A DNA stretch of 64,000 bases, taken from positions 4,308 through 68,307 of the forward strand of contig CANEVP010000005.1 of assembly GCA_947442475.1 (NCBI GenBank), written 5' to 3'. This document shows positions 48,230 to 57,272 of the stretch, piece after piece (position 1 is the first letter of the stretch; every line of letters begins with the position of its first letter). The notes under the pieces were generated by a model. The model saw only the letters and a list, made by a program, of their open reading frames with translations. It had not been told where the DNA came from and searched no databases. The stretch is from Rickettsiales bacterium. Lineage in GTDB: Bacteria; Pseudomonadota; Alphaproteobacteria; Rickettsiales; UBA1997. The translations under genes and the position numbers were made by a program.

Positions 48230-48881
48230 TTCTACTATTTTTACAACTTGGCGCCACAAACTAGTCTTTTTATTTCTAGCTGTAGCCTTTGTGATTTGTT
48301 GCAGCATTGGCTTGTCTTTTTACGTCGCATATTTTTCAAAAAAATGTCTTACGCTGAGTAATGAAAATCAATATGAGCAAGTGATCTCCAAGTGTGCTTT
48401 ATTTTCTGCAGCAGTTAATTCTGATTTAAATTTCATCGTCGGAGAATCTTACTACCGCCTGCAAGATTACAGCCGAGCCACAACAAAGTTCGAAAATGTT
48501 TTAGGAGTCGACGCACAAAAAGCTCACTACTTTCTCGCCCTAATTGAAATTAATAATAAAAATTACACCACAGCTTTTAACCGCGCTTTGCAAGACGGCA
48601 GTGATGTTTTGATGTTAAATATTTTTTCAATGGTCTTCGTCGCTAGATTTAATCAATCCAGCCAAATTAAAGACTTGATCAAGGGATATGCTTATTCAAA
48701 AGCTATTTCGGAACTTATCGTCGATTATCCTCAAGCAACTCTCAATGAAAAATCCTTGCTCAAAACAGTAACTGATTTTCACGAAGAGGTCAGCGATTTA
48801 GCCAGATCTTCCATGTCGCAAGAGCAATTCCAACAAGCCAACACACTGGCGAAAAGTCTGATGAATAAATTAGTTGCATAA
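48216..48881 (+). CDS. Hypothetical membrane-anchored protein with TPR-like helical repeats
   Basis: 221 aa. One N-terminal TM, then helical repeat-like sequence (GESYYRLQDYSRATTKFENVL…AHYFLALIEINNKNY). Overlaps the nuoG stop by 14 nt. Confidence 0.4.
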   Translation: MNCLNSTIFTTWRHKLVFLFLAVAFVICCSIGLSFYVAYFSKKCLTLSNENQYEQVISKCALFSAAVNSDLNFIVGESYYRLQDYSRATTKFENVLGVDAQKAHYFLALIEINNKNYTTAFNRALQDGSDVLMLNIFSMVFVARFNQSSQIKDLIKGYAYSKAISELIVDYPQATLNEKSLLKTVTDFHEEVSDLARSSMSQEQFQQANTLAKSLMNKLVA

Positions 48882-48956
48882 AAACTTTGCATAAGTAGCT
48901 TGCGCCGCTCCTCAGAAGTCGGCTAAGTGTCATTTAAGTTAAATCAAAACAAACAA

Positions 48957-49412
48957 ATGTTAAAAATTCGTCTATCTCGCGGCGGAAGAACTAATCTTCC
49001 TTTTTACCGTATCCTTGTTACCAACATCACTTCTCCAAGAGATTCTAAATTTCTTGAAAAGATCGGCACCTACAACCCGTTGCTTGCAGATGACAAAGAA
49101 AATCGCGTCACTGTTGATAAAGAACGCGCCGAATATTGGCTTTCAGTTGGTGCTCAACCAACCGAAAAAGTTGCTAAATTTTTAGTAGCTCTTGGTGTTA
49201 AAGGTTCTGAAAAATACGCTCCAAATTTCAAACCAAAAAACAAAGGTGAAGGCCTAAAGAAAAAAGCTTTAGATAAATTAGCTAAAGAAAAAGAAGCTGC
49301 TGTTGCAGCTGAAGAAGCTGCGGCATCTGCAATTGCTGCAGAAAAAGCTGCTGCAGCGCATGTCTCTGAAGTAGCTGTTGAAGCTCCAGCAACCGAAGAA
49401 TCTGCTGCGTAA
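48957..49412 (+). CDS. rpsP: 30S ribosomal protein S16 with Ala/Glu-rich C-terminal extension
   Basis: The internal ATG gives MLKIRLSRGGRTNLPFYRILV…YNP, the canonical S16 sequence. About 60 extra residues follow, rich in K, then A/E (…AAVAAEEAAASAIAAEKAAAAHVSEVAVEAPATEESAA). Confidence 0.9.
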   Translation: MLKIRLSRGGRTNLPFYRILVTNITSPRDSKFLEKIGTYNPLLADDKENRVTVDKERAEYWLSVGAQPTEKVAKFLVALGVKGSEKYAPNFKPKNKGEGLKKKALDKLAKEKEAAVAAEEAAASAIAAEKAAAAHVSEVAVEAPATEESAA

Positions 49413-49422
49413 CTCATAAGAA

Positions 49423-49466
49423 AACGCCGCAAACATCTTAAAAATGTTTGCGGCGTTTTTGTTTTT
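49423..49466 (+). terminator. Rho-independent terminator after rpsP
   Basis: 14-bp perfect stem aacgccgcaaacat/atgtttgcggcgtt with a 7-nt loop, followed by tttgttttt. Confidence 0.8.
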
Positions 49467-49470
49467 AAAG

Positions 49471-50097
49471 ATGCCCCCAATGTTTTCTTGCCCTAAAAAA
49501 CTGCTGATTGCCACTAATAATAAAGGAAAGTTTTCCGAAATCGAATCACTCTTAAACAACATAAATATTGAAGCGGTTCCAACCTTTCAATTTAACCTCA
49601 CTGAGCCGGAAGAAACTGGATTAACTTTCGCCGCCAATTCACTTTTAAAAGCCAAATATTACGCCGCAAAAACCGGTCTAGTTGCACTTGCCGATGACTC
49701 AGGATTATGCGTTGAAGCCATGAATGGGGAGCCTGGAATTTACTCAGCACGCTTTGCCAAAAATGCTTTGGGCGAAAATGATTTTAATACAGCTTTCGAG
49801 AAAATTTTTTCTGAAATCAAAAAAAATTCTCCACAAAATCTGCGCGCTTTTTTCATCTGTAATTTATCAATTTTTGATCCAAAAACTAATTTCGAAATTT
49901 CTTTTGAGGGCCGCGTTGACGGCAATTTAATCTTCCCATCTCGCGGCGATAAAGGCTTTGGCTATGATCCGATTTTTATTAAAAACGGCATGGAAAAAAC
50001 TTTTGGCGAAATTTCTGCCACAGAAAAAGATCAAATCTCGCATCGCGGCGACGCCTTTGCAAAATTGGTTAAATGGCTAAAAAACGACAGCTTGTAA
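49471..50097 (+). CDS. rdgB: dITP/XTP pyrophosphatase (RdgB/HAM1 family)
   Basis: Motifs LLIATNNKGKFSEI, ADDSGLCVEA(L/M)NGEPGIYSAR, GFGYDPIF and ISHRG. Start moved downstream of the rpsP terminator (ATG 49471; 49480 also possible). Confidence 0.85.
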   Translation: MPPMFSCPKKLLIATNNKGKFSEIESLLNNINIEAVPTFQFNLTEPEETGLTFAANSLLKAKYYAAKTGLVALADDSGLCVEAMNGEPGIYSARFAKNALGENDFNTAFEKIFSEIKKNSPQNLRAFFICNLSIFDPKTNFEISFEGRVDGNLIFPSRGDKGFGYDPIFIKNGMEKTFGEISATEKDQISHRGDAFAKLVKWLKNDSL

Positions 50098-50152
50098 AAG
50101 CGATTTTGGAAATTATCTAAAACCAATTCCTTGAAAAAAATTTTTCACTAAA

Positions 50153-51289
50153 ATGAGCAAAAGAGACTATTACGAAATTCTTGGCGTTGCAAAAAGCGCC
50201 TCAGCTGAAGAAATCAAAAAAGCCTACCGCGCCTTGGCGATGAAGCATCACCCAGATCGCAATCCCGGAAACAAAGAAGCTGAAACCAAATTCAAAGAAG
50301 CCACCGAGGCTTACGAAGTTTTAAAAGACGATCAAAAAAAAGCAGGCTACGACCAATATGGCCACGATGCCGCACAAGGTGGCGGACGTGGTGGATTTGG
50401 CGGCGGCGGAGCGGATGGCTTCGACTTCAACGATATTTTCAGTAATTTCTCTGATATTTTCGGCGACATGGGCGGACGTCAGCAAACCAAAAAACGTAGC
50501 TCCGCACAGCGGGGTTCTGACATTCGCTACAATTTAGAAATCTCTCTCGAAGAAGCGTTTCGCGGCACCGCTGAAAAAATTTCTTTCACCATTCCTTCTG
50601 CTTGCGAACCTTGCAACGGCAGCGGCGCGCAAAGCGGCGAAAGGCCAGTTGATTGCGCAACTTGCAAAGGCAGCGGTAAAATTCGCGCCCAGCAAGGATT
50701 TTTCATTGTTGAACGCACTTGCACAACTTGCGGAGGCATTGGCCAAACCATCAAAAATCCGTGCAAAACTTGTCGCGGCGAAGGACGCGTTAATAAAGAA
50801 AAAACTTTGTCAGTTAAAATTCCGGCGGGCGTCGAAGAAGGAAATAGAATTCGCTTAAGTGGTGAAGGCGAAGCCGGTCAGCGCGGGGGTCCGACAGGGG
50901 ACTTGTATGTTTATCTTTCAATCAAAAAACATCAGTTTTTCACGCGCAAGGGCGATGATATTCACTTCGAAATTCCATTAAAATTCACTACCGCAGCACT
51001 TGGCGGCGCAATTGAAATTCCTACAATTGACGGCACAAAAGCCGCTTTAAAAATTCCCGAAGGCGCCCAAAACCACGATCAATTTCGCTTAAAATCGCGC
51101 GGCATGAGCGTAATTAATTCAGGCGGCAGACGTGGCGACATGTTTGTAAAAATTAACATTGAAACGCCGGTAAAGCTTTCAAGCGAAGAGCGCGAGCTTT
51201 TGATGAAGTTGGATAAGTTGATGAGCGGAAAATCGAGCAATCCGAAATCAGAAAGTTTCTTTAAAAAAGTTGGGGATTTGTTTGCTTAG
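50153..51289 (+). CDS. dnaJ: Chaperone DnaJ
   Basis: 378 aa. J-domain (DYYEILGV…HPDRNPG), a G/F-rich region and four CxxCxGxG zinc-finger repeats ([32 protein letters not shown]). Confidence 0.95.
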   Translation: MSKRDYYEILGVAKSASAEEIKKAYRALAMKHHPDRNPGNKEAETKFKEATEAYEVLKDDQKKAGYDQYGHDAAQGGGRGGFGGGGADGFDFNDIFSNFSDIFGDMGGRQQTKKRSSAQRGSDIRYNLEISLEEAFRGTAEKISFTIPSACEPCNGSGAQSGERPVDCATCKGSGKIRAQQGFFIVERTCTTCGGIGQTIKNPCKTCRGEGRVNKEKTLSVKIPAGVEEGNRIRLSGEGEAGQRGGPTGDLYVYLSIKKHQFFTRKGDDIHFEIPLKFTTAALGGAIEIPTIDGTKAALKIPEGAQNHDQFRLKSRGMSVINSGGRRGDMFVKINIETPVKLSSEERELLMKLDKLMSGKSSNPKSESFFKKVGDLFA

Positions 51290-51418
51290 GAATTTAACGA
51301 TAAATTGATCTCCCCTCAACACTTCCTTGAAAAGGGAGAAAATAGCCTAAACGGCTATTTTCGGCGAGTGCTCACGATCTTGGTCTAAGGTTGCAGGCGT
51401 TTATTTGCGAATACAAAA

Positions 51419-52495
51419 TCAGCTTTTATTTCTCCTCTCACGCTCCGACTCCGACTTCAACTGCCCACAAGCCGCAAGCACATCCTCACCCCTCGTCTTC
51501 CTAATTGGCGAAATCACGTTTGAATTTTTCAAAATCTGCTGAAATTTTAAAATTTGTTCAATGTCGCTGCGACCATATTCACAAGACTCCCACGGGTTAA
51601 ATGGGATCAGATTTATTTTCACATTCACATTGGCGCGATTAATCAAATTAATTAACTCGCGTGCGTGAAGCTCTTGGTCATTGACGCCTTTTAGCATCAC
51701 ATATTCGAAAGTGATTTTTTGGTTGGGATTTTTCGTGTTGTAAACTTTGCAAGCAGCAAGCAAATCTTTGAGCGGATATCTTTTATTAATCGCCATAATA
51801 TCGGTGCGCAGCTTGTCGTTTGTAGCATGCAGCGAAATTGCTAAATTAGTTTTAAGCTCGTCAGCGCAGCGTAAAATTTCTGGAACCAAGCCTGACGTTG
51901 AGATAGTTATTTTGCGATTTGAGAAATCTAATCCTTCAGCGTCATTTAAAACTTTCACCGCTTTTGCGACATTTTCGTAATTAAAAAATGGCTCGCCCAT
52001 GCCCATGAATACTATGTTGGTGAGTTTGCGATTATTTTTATCCCAATCCGAAAGATGATCTTTGGCGATTAAAATTTGCGCGACAATTTCGTGAAATTCT
52101 AAATTGCGAACCAACGTTTGCGTGCCGGTATGGCAAAATTTGCAAGCCAAGGTGCAGCCGACTTGCGACGAAATGCACAGAGTGCCACGGGTTTCTTCTG
52201 GTATAAAAACCACTTCAACTTCTTTGCAATCTGAAAAACGCACCAACCATTTTCTGGTGCCGTCACTGGATAAAATATCTTTAGAAATTTGCGGGCGATC
52301 TAGTGAAAAATTTGTCGCCAAAACTTCGCGCATCTCTTTTGAGGCGTTGCTCATTTCTGCAAAAGATTTAACGCCGCGCGCAAAAATCCAATTCCAAATT
52401 TGTTTAGCGCGAAATGGCTTTTCTCCAAGCACCACAATCTCTGCAAGAAGTTGTTCTTTTGTTAAATGGGTAAGGTTTTTTTTAATTTCGATCAC
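51419..52495 (-). CDS. rlmN: 23S rRNA/tRNA (adenine-C2)-methyltransferase, radical SAM
   Basis: 358 aa with FRAKQIWNWIF, the radical-SAM cluster motif GCTLACKFCHTG, MGMGEP and the C-terminal ACGQL. Confidence 0.9.
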   Translation of the reverse strand: MIEIKKNLTHLTKEQLLAEIVVLGEKPFRAKQIWNWIFARGVKSFAEMSNASKEMREVLATNFSLDRPQISKDILSSDGTRKWLVRFSDCKEVEVVFIPEETRGTLCISSQVGCTLACKFCHTGTQTLVRNLEFHEIVAQILIAKDHLSDWDKNNRKLTNIVFMGMGEPFFNYENVAKAVKVLNDAEGLDFSNRKITISTSGLVPEILRCADELKTNLAISLHATNDKLRTDIMAINKRYPLKDLLAACKVYNTKNPNQKITFEYVMLKGVNDQELHARELINLINRANVNVKINLIPFNPWESCEYGRSDIEQILKFQQILKNSNVISPIRKTRGEDVLAACGQLKSESERERRNKS

Positions 52496-52500
52496 AATTT

Positions 52501-53586
52501 TTAAATCTGATTGTCAGTGACATGCTTAACGCTAGCTACATTGGTTAGAGCCGCGCTAGTTGAAGGTTTTTCGGTATAAGCCAAACTTAACAAACGACGC
52601 GTGTCTAATAAATTTTTAAAAGGAACGCCAACTTGATCTCTGCCATGAAGCTGACTTTTCAAGCACAAAACATCCATGTCGCCGATATGATATTCGGTGA
52701 GTTTGTTTTGGTGATAAATATCTAAAATTGTGCTTTTTATATTTTCTATCGCCGACTCAATTTCATTATGAGTAATGGTTTTATCTCTGAGATATTTTGT
52801 ATCGACGCTCCATGCTCGATCACTAACTTCAGTTGAAAAATTGATATCGTAATTGCCTTTGCCGCGATCAATCAAGATTGGTTGAGGTTTGTAATTTAGC
52901 CAAAAATCTTGAAAGATTGGCTCTTGCAGAACTGCTTTCGATCTTTCTGACAAGCCATCAACCACATCTTTGTGATTAATAATATAGGTTCGATAATTTT
53001 TCGAAGGGGCCTCAATACCCAAAAAAGCCAAAAATTTTAACGGCCTGTCATCGGCGAACAAATCATCAACATGGGGAAGCAATCTTGTACTAATGCTTTC
53101 TGTTCCATCTTCATGCTTTATTCTGGTGCAGATCTCGATGGCATTTTCTTCCGACTGAGGAACGTAGCCTGCAATATTGGCAGTCATATTGCTTAAAAAT
53201 GATAAAAACTCCACTCCCTCTTCCTCACTTTGGAAGAGACTTTTTTTTACTCCTTGAAAGAAAATTGATTCGGCATTGGTTTCATTAAATTTAGCCAAAG
53301 ATCTTAAATAAAGACTGAGATCATCACTACTATTTTGGGCCTTGCCAATTAAATGAGGAAAATAGTTTTGCGCCAAAGCGCTAATGTCTTCTTCGCTGCG
53401 CGCTTGCTTAATCAATTCGCGATTTTGCAGAAAGAAATCTACCACCTCTTTGGGAGTTGGAGCAACCAAAGCAGAAAAACATCTGATTTTGGTTTGAGAC
53501 TTAGACAGCCCTGGAATCAAGTTATTTCTTAAATTTAAAAATCTTCGACTAGCTGACAACATCAATTGCTTTTTTTTGAAGTTCAA
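52501..53586 (-). CDS. Hypothetical protein, possible Fe(II)/2-oxoglutarate-dependent oxygenase (TauD/clavaminate-synthase-like)
   Basis: 361 aa. Candidate facial triad: LLPHVDD (HxD) about 165 residues upstream of IGDMDVLCLKSQLHGRD, which resembles the GDxxxxDNxxxxHGR pattern of the family. Motif recognition only. The 5' end overlaps the rph 3' end. Confidence 0.35.
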   Translation of the reverse strand: MNFKKKQLMLSASRRFLNLRNNLIPGLSKSQTKIRCFSALVAPTPKEVVDFFLQNRELIKQARSEEDISALAQNYFPHLIGKAQNSSDDLSLYLRSLAKFNETNAESIFFQGVKKSLFQSEEEGVEFLSFLSNMTANIAGYVPQSEENAIEICTRIKHEDGTESISTRLLPHVDDLFADDRPLKFLAFLGIEAPSKNYRTYIINHKDVVDGLSERSKAVLQEPIFQDFWLNYKPQPILIDRGKGNYDINFSTEVSDRAWSVDTKYLRDKTITHNEIESAIENIKSTILDIYHQNKLTEYHIGDMDVLCLKSQLHGRDQVGVPFKNLLDTRRLLSLAYTEKPSTSAALTNVASVKHVTDNQI

Positions 53587-54265
53587 AAATTTCTTTCGCT
53601 GCAGCTTTAGCTAATTCATACATTTGAGAAATCTGCTCAAAGCTCATGGCTCTTTGTTCTGCGGTGCCTTGAATTTCAATTAAATTGAAATCTTGGTTGA
53701 TGACAAAATTGGCATCAACGTCGCATTTGCTGTCTTCGGCGTAATCTAAATCTGCCACAACTTGGCCTTCGAAAATTCCGCAAGAAAGCGCGCAAACTGA
53801 GCCAATTAGCGGGTTTTGTTTGAGCAAACCTTGGCTCATGATTTTTTTCACCGCAATTGCCAAAGCAACGTAGCCACCCGTAATTGCGGCGCAGCGTGTG
53901 CCGCCATCAGCTTGAATCACATCGCAATCAATAATGATTTGGCGTTCTCCCAATTTTTTTACATCAATTACCGAGCGCAGTGAGCGACCAATTAAACGCT
54001 GAATTTCAATCGAGCGACCATTTGGTTTCATTGGGTCGCGACTGTTTCTTTGGTGAGTTGAGCGCGCCAGCATGGCGTATTCGGCAGTGACCCATCCGCT
54101 ATTTTTGCCGCGTAAAAATGGCGGAACTTTTTCGTCAATTGACGCGGTGCATAAAACGTGAGTGTCACCGAATTTTACTAAGCATGAACCTTCAGCGTAT
54201 TTATTAACGTTGGTTTCTAGTGATACTTCGCGGATTTGATTGGGAGTTCTTTTTGATGGGCGCAT
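53549..54265 (-). CDS. rph: Ribonuclease PH
   Basis: 238 aa starting MRPSKRTPNQIR, with GSCLVKFGDTHVLC, RSIEIQRLIGRSLR and DCDVIQADGGTR. Confidence 0.95.
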   Translation of the reverse strand: MRPSKRTPNQIREVSLETNVNKYAEGSCLVKFGDTHVLCTASIDEKVPPFLRGKNSGWVTAEYAMLARSTHQRNSRDPMKPNGRSIEIQRLIGRSLRSVIDVKKLGERQIIIDCDVIQADGGTRCAAITGGYVALAIAVKKIMSQGLLKQNPLIGSVCALSCGIFEGQVVADLDYAEDSKCDVDANFVINQDFNLIEIQGTAEQRAMSFEQISQMYELAKAAAKEIFELQKKAIDVVS

Positions 54266-54298
54266 GGGGGAGGGAATTTGCAGGGGGAATAAAACTTC

Positions 54299-54334
54299 AA
54301 TTCCTCTCTCGGCAACAAAGCCAAGAGAGGAATT
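54299..54334 (-). terminator. Hairpin after typA
   Basis: 11-bp stem aattcctctct/agagaggaatt with a 14-nt loop, 15 nt after the typA stop. Moderately T-rich trailing sequence on the minus strand. Confidence 0.4.
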
Positions 54335-54349
54335 CGCGGAACTTTTTAA

Positions 54350-56197
54350 TTATTCTTCTTGTACAAAATCAAACTTAGCTTCTTTGCTTCTGCCTAGACG
54401 TTTTCTGTCGTTAGAATCTAAGAATTTTTTACGTAAGCGTAGTGACTTTGGTGTCACTTCCACCAATTCATCTTCGCCAACGTAAGTAATCATGTCTTCC
54501 AGAGTAAGTTCTCTTGGTGGAATTAGGCGAATCGCTTCGTCAGTTCCAGAGGCGCGAACGTTGGTTAATTGTTTTCCTTTCAAAACGTTAATTTCCAAAT
54601 CGCCTTGTTTTGAGTTTTCGCCAATCACCATTCCTGAGTAAACTTTTTGCTGAGGTTTGATGAACATGGTACCACGATCTTGCAAGTTCCAAAGCGCGTA
54701 AGCTACTGCTTCACCAGCTTCAGTTGCAATCAAAGCACCGTTTTTCTTGTAAGCGATTTCACCTTTGTAAGGCACGTAAGCGTGGAAGATTCTGTTCAAA
54801 ACACCCGAACCTTTAGTGTCAGTTAAGAACTCGCTTTGGTAGCCGATAAGACCACGTGAAGGCACGTAGAATACCAAACGATTTTTGCCGCCCGAAGATG
54901 GTTTCATTTCGATCATTTCACCTTTGCGTGAAGAAAGTTTTTCAACTACCACACCACTAAAAGCTTCATCAACGTCAACTACAACTTCTTCAACTGGTTC
55001 CAACATGTCGCCATTTGCTTCTTTTTTGAAAAGAACGCGAGGTCTTGAAACTGAAAGCTCAAAGCCTTCACGACGCATGTTTTCGATCAACACACCAAGT
55101 TGTAATTCTCCACGTCCACCAACTTCGAAAGCGTCTTTGGCGTCAGATTCTTTAACTTTGATTGCAACGTTAGTTTCAGCTTCAGCAAACAATCGCTCAC
55201 GGATCATGCGTGAAGTAACTTTAGTTCCTTCAAGACCAGCAAGAGGCGAGTCATTTACGCTGATGGTGATGGCCATTGTAGGCGGATCAATCGGCGTAGA
55301 TTTGATCGGTTCAGAAACCGAAATGTCGCAAAGCGTGTCAGAAACTGAAGCTTTTTCGAGACCCGCAATTGAAACGATGTCACCTGCTTGGGCTTCATCA
55401 ACCGGAACTTTATCAACGCCGCGAAATACGTGTAGCTTGGTTAGACGACCTTGCTCAACAACTTCACCTTTAAGGTTAATTGCTTTGAAGCTCATCAAAT
55501 TTTTAGCTTTTCCAGAATAAATACGACCAGTCAACATACGGCCGAAATAAGGGCTGCGGTCAAGCAAAGTAGCCAACATTTTAAACGGAGCATTCTCGTC
55601 AAATTTTGGTGGATTTACGTGAGAAACAATCAAATCAAAAAGTGGTGACAAATCTTTGCGCTCGTCTTTTTCCATGTCAGCAACGCACCAGCCGTCGCGG
55701 CCCACAGCGTAGAGAACTGGAAAATCTAACTGTTGTTCATTGGCGCTAAGAGAAACGAAAAGATCAAAAATTTCGTTCAAAACTTCATCGGGGCGAGCAT
55801 CACCGCGATCAATTTTATTAATGATTACAATCGGCTTCAAACCAAGAGCCAAAGCTTTTGAAAGCACGAATTTGGTTTGTGGCATTACGCCTTCAGCAGA
55901 ATCAACCAAAAGCAAAGTAGAGTCAGCCATTGAAAGAACGCGCTCAACTTCACCACCGAAATCGGCGTGGCCAGGAGTATCGATTACATTGATTTTATTG
56001 TCTTTCCACATCAAGGAAGTGCATTTCGCCAAAATTGTAATGCCGCGCTCTTTTTCCAAATCATTGGAATCCATTACGCGAGTTTCAACTTGTTGGTTAG
56101 CACGGAAAGTGCCGCTTTGATGCAACATGGCATCGATCATTGTAGTTTTGCCATGGTCAACGTGAGCAATGATGGCAACGTTTCTAAAGGTAGTCAT
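54350..56197 (-). CDS. typA: Translational GTPase TypA/BipA
   Basis: 615 aa with RNVAIIAHVDHGKTT, DTPGHADFGGEV and NKIDR, plus the BipA-specific C-terminal domain. Confidence 0.92.
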   Translation of the reverse strand: MTTFRNVAIIAHVDHGKTTMIDAMLHQSGTFRANQQVETRVMDSNDLEKERGITILAKCTSLMWKDNKINVIDTPGHADFGGEVERVLSMADSTLLLVDSAEGVMPQTKFVLSKALALGLKPIVIINKIDRGDARPDEVLNEIFDLFVSLSANEQQLDFPVLYAVGRDGWCVADMEKDERKDLSPLFDLIVSHVNPPKFDENAPFKMLATLLDRSPYFGRMLTGRIYSGKAKNLMSFKAINLKGEVVEQGRLTKLHVFRGVDKVPVDEAQAGDIVSIAGLEKASVSDTLCDISVSEPIKSTPIDPPTMAITISVNDSPLAGLEGTKVTSRMIRERLFAEAETNVAIKVKESDAKDAFEVGGRGELQLGVLIENMRREGFELSVSRPRVLFKKEANGDMLEPVEEVVVDVDEAFSGVVVEKLSSRKGEMIEMKPSSGGKNRLVFYVPSRGLIGYQSEFLTDTKGSGVLNRIFHAYVPYKGEIAYKKNGALIATEAGEAVAYALWNLQDRGTMFIKPQQKVYSGMVIGENSKQGDLEINVLKGKQLTNVRASGTDEAIRLIPPRELTLEDMITYVGEDELVEVTPKSLRLRKKFLDSNDRKRLGRSKEAKFDFVQEE

Positions 56198-56447
56198 TGG
56201 TAAGTTTTTAAAGTTTTAGGAAAGAGGGGATTCTTGAGAGACAGCCAACAGCGTGTCAAAAAGGAGGGCGCAAAGTAGGAAGAAAAATTAAGCTGTCAAT
56301 TTTTAAGACCAAACCAGCACAAGTCAGACCAGCATACTTCGCAAAAAACATGACAGATTTTTTTTTAAAAAAAGATTTCAAAACTCTTTTTTTCACAAGT
56401 GACCCTGCTTAGAGGCTTGATTTTGCTGTATTTATAAAAAACCCAAC

Positions 56448-56471
56448 ATTCCTGCCGCCGGCGGCAGGAAT
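56448..56471 (-). terminator. Rho-independent terminator after panB
   Basis: Perfect 12-bp palindromic GC stem attcctgccgcc/ggcggcaggaat, 12 nt after the panB stop. On the minus strand it is followed by gttgggtttttta. Confidence 0.7.
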
Positions 56472-56483
56472 TCAAAAAATCAC

Positions 56484-57272
56484 CTAAACTAAATTCTCTT
56501 TTGCCGGAAATTTTTTCGATTTCACATCAGAAGAAAAATTCTCAACAGCGCGCGAAATTTCTGCGGCCAAATTAGCGTAATATTTGACAAATCTTGGTTT
56601 GAATTCTTGGTTTAATCCGAGCAAATCGTCGATTACCAAAACTTGTCCGTCGCACTCGCTTGATGCTCCAATGCCAATTGTCGGAATTTGAATTGAGTGC
56701 GAAATTTCTGTCGCCAATTTTTCTGGCACCGCTTCAATCACCATGCAAAAAGCGCCAGCTGCTTCCAATAATTTTGCCGTTTCTAAAATTTCTGCCGCAG
56801 CTTCCTCGCTGCGTCCTTGATATTTGTAGCCACCGATTTTGCGTACGCTTTGCGGTAAAAGTCCGACATGCGCCATGACGTTGATTTTATTTTCGACTAG
56901 AAATTTTACGGTTAAAACTAAATCGCGCGAAGTCTCAATTTTAATGGCGTGGCATCCGGTTTGCGCAATTACTTTTTGCGCTGATTCTAGGGCTTGCTCT
57001 TTTGAGTTTTCGTAAGTTCCAAAAGGCAAATCCACCACCACAAAAGTTTTTTTCACAGCGCGCATCACTGCTTTGCCGTGATTAATCATCATTTCTAAAG
57101 TTACATCAACCGTGTCGGCAAGTCCGTAAACAACCATTCCTAAAGAATCTCCAACTAAAATCACGTCGCAATATTCATCTAAAATTTTCGCCATCGGAAA
57201 AGTGTAAGCGGTTAGGCAAACTATTTTTTCGCGATTTTTTTTCTGTAAAATTTGGGCAACTGAAGCTGTCAT
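56484..57272 (-). CDS. panB: 3-methyl-2-oxobutanoate hydroxymethyltransferase
   Basis: 262 aa with LTAYTFPMAK, ILVGDSLGMVVYG, GCHAIKIE, HVGLLPQS, YKYQGR and IGIGAS…DGQVLV. Confidence 0.9.
   Translation of the reverse strand: MTASVAQILQKKNREKIVCLTAYTFPMAKILDEYCDVILVGDSLGMVVYGLADTVDVTLEMMINHGKAVMRAVKKTFVVVDLPFGTYENSKEQALESAQKVIAQTGCHAIKIETSRDLVLTVKFLVENKINVMAHVGLLPQSVRKIGGYKYQGRSEEAAAEILETAKLLEAAGAFCMVIEAVPEKLATEISHSIQIPTIGIGASSECDGQVLVIDDLLGLNQEFKPRFVKYYANLAAEISRAVENFSSDVKSKKFPAKENLV

Noticed and set aside
50153-51289. dnaJ without an adjacent dnaK or grpE.
   Set aside because: Operon fragmentation is pervasive in this window (nuoG, murG, argF and virB2 are all solitary), so the separation is unremarkable by itself.
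51290-51418. Intergenic hairpins between convergent dnaJ and rlmN (tctccc…gggaga; gaaaatagcc-taaac-ggctattttc), considered as a further palindromic-element copy or a tRNA-like sequence.
   Set aside because: No sequence similarity to the 7756 and 63068 elements and no cloverleaf. They are most simply ordinary bidirectional terminator hairpins, and too weakly defined to list as features.
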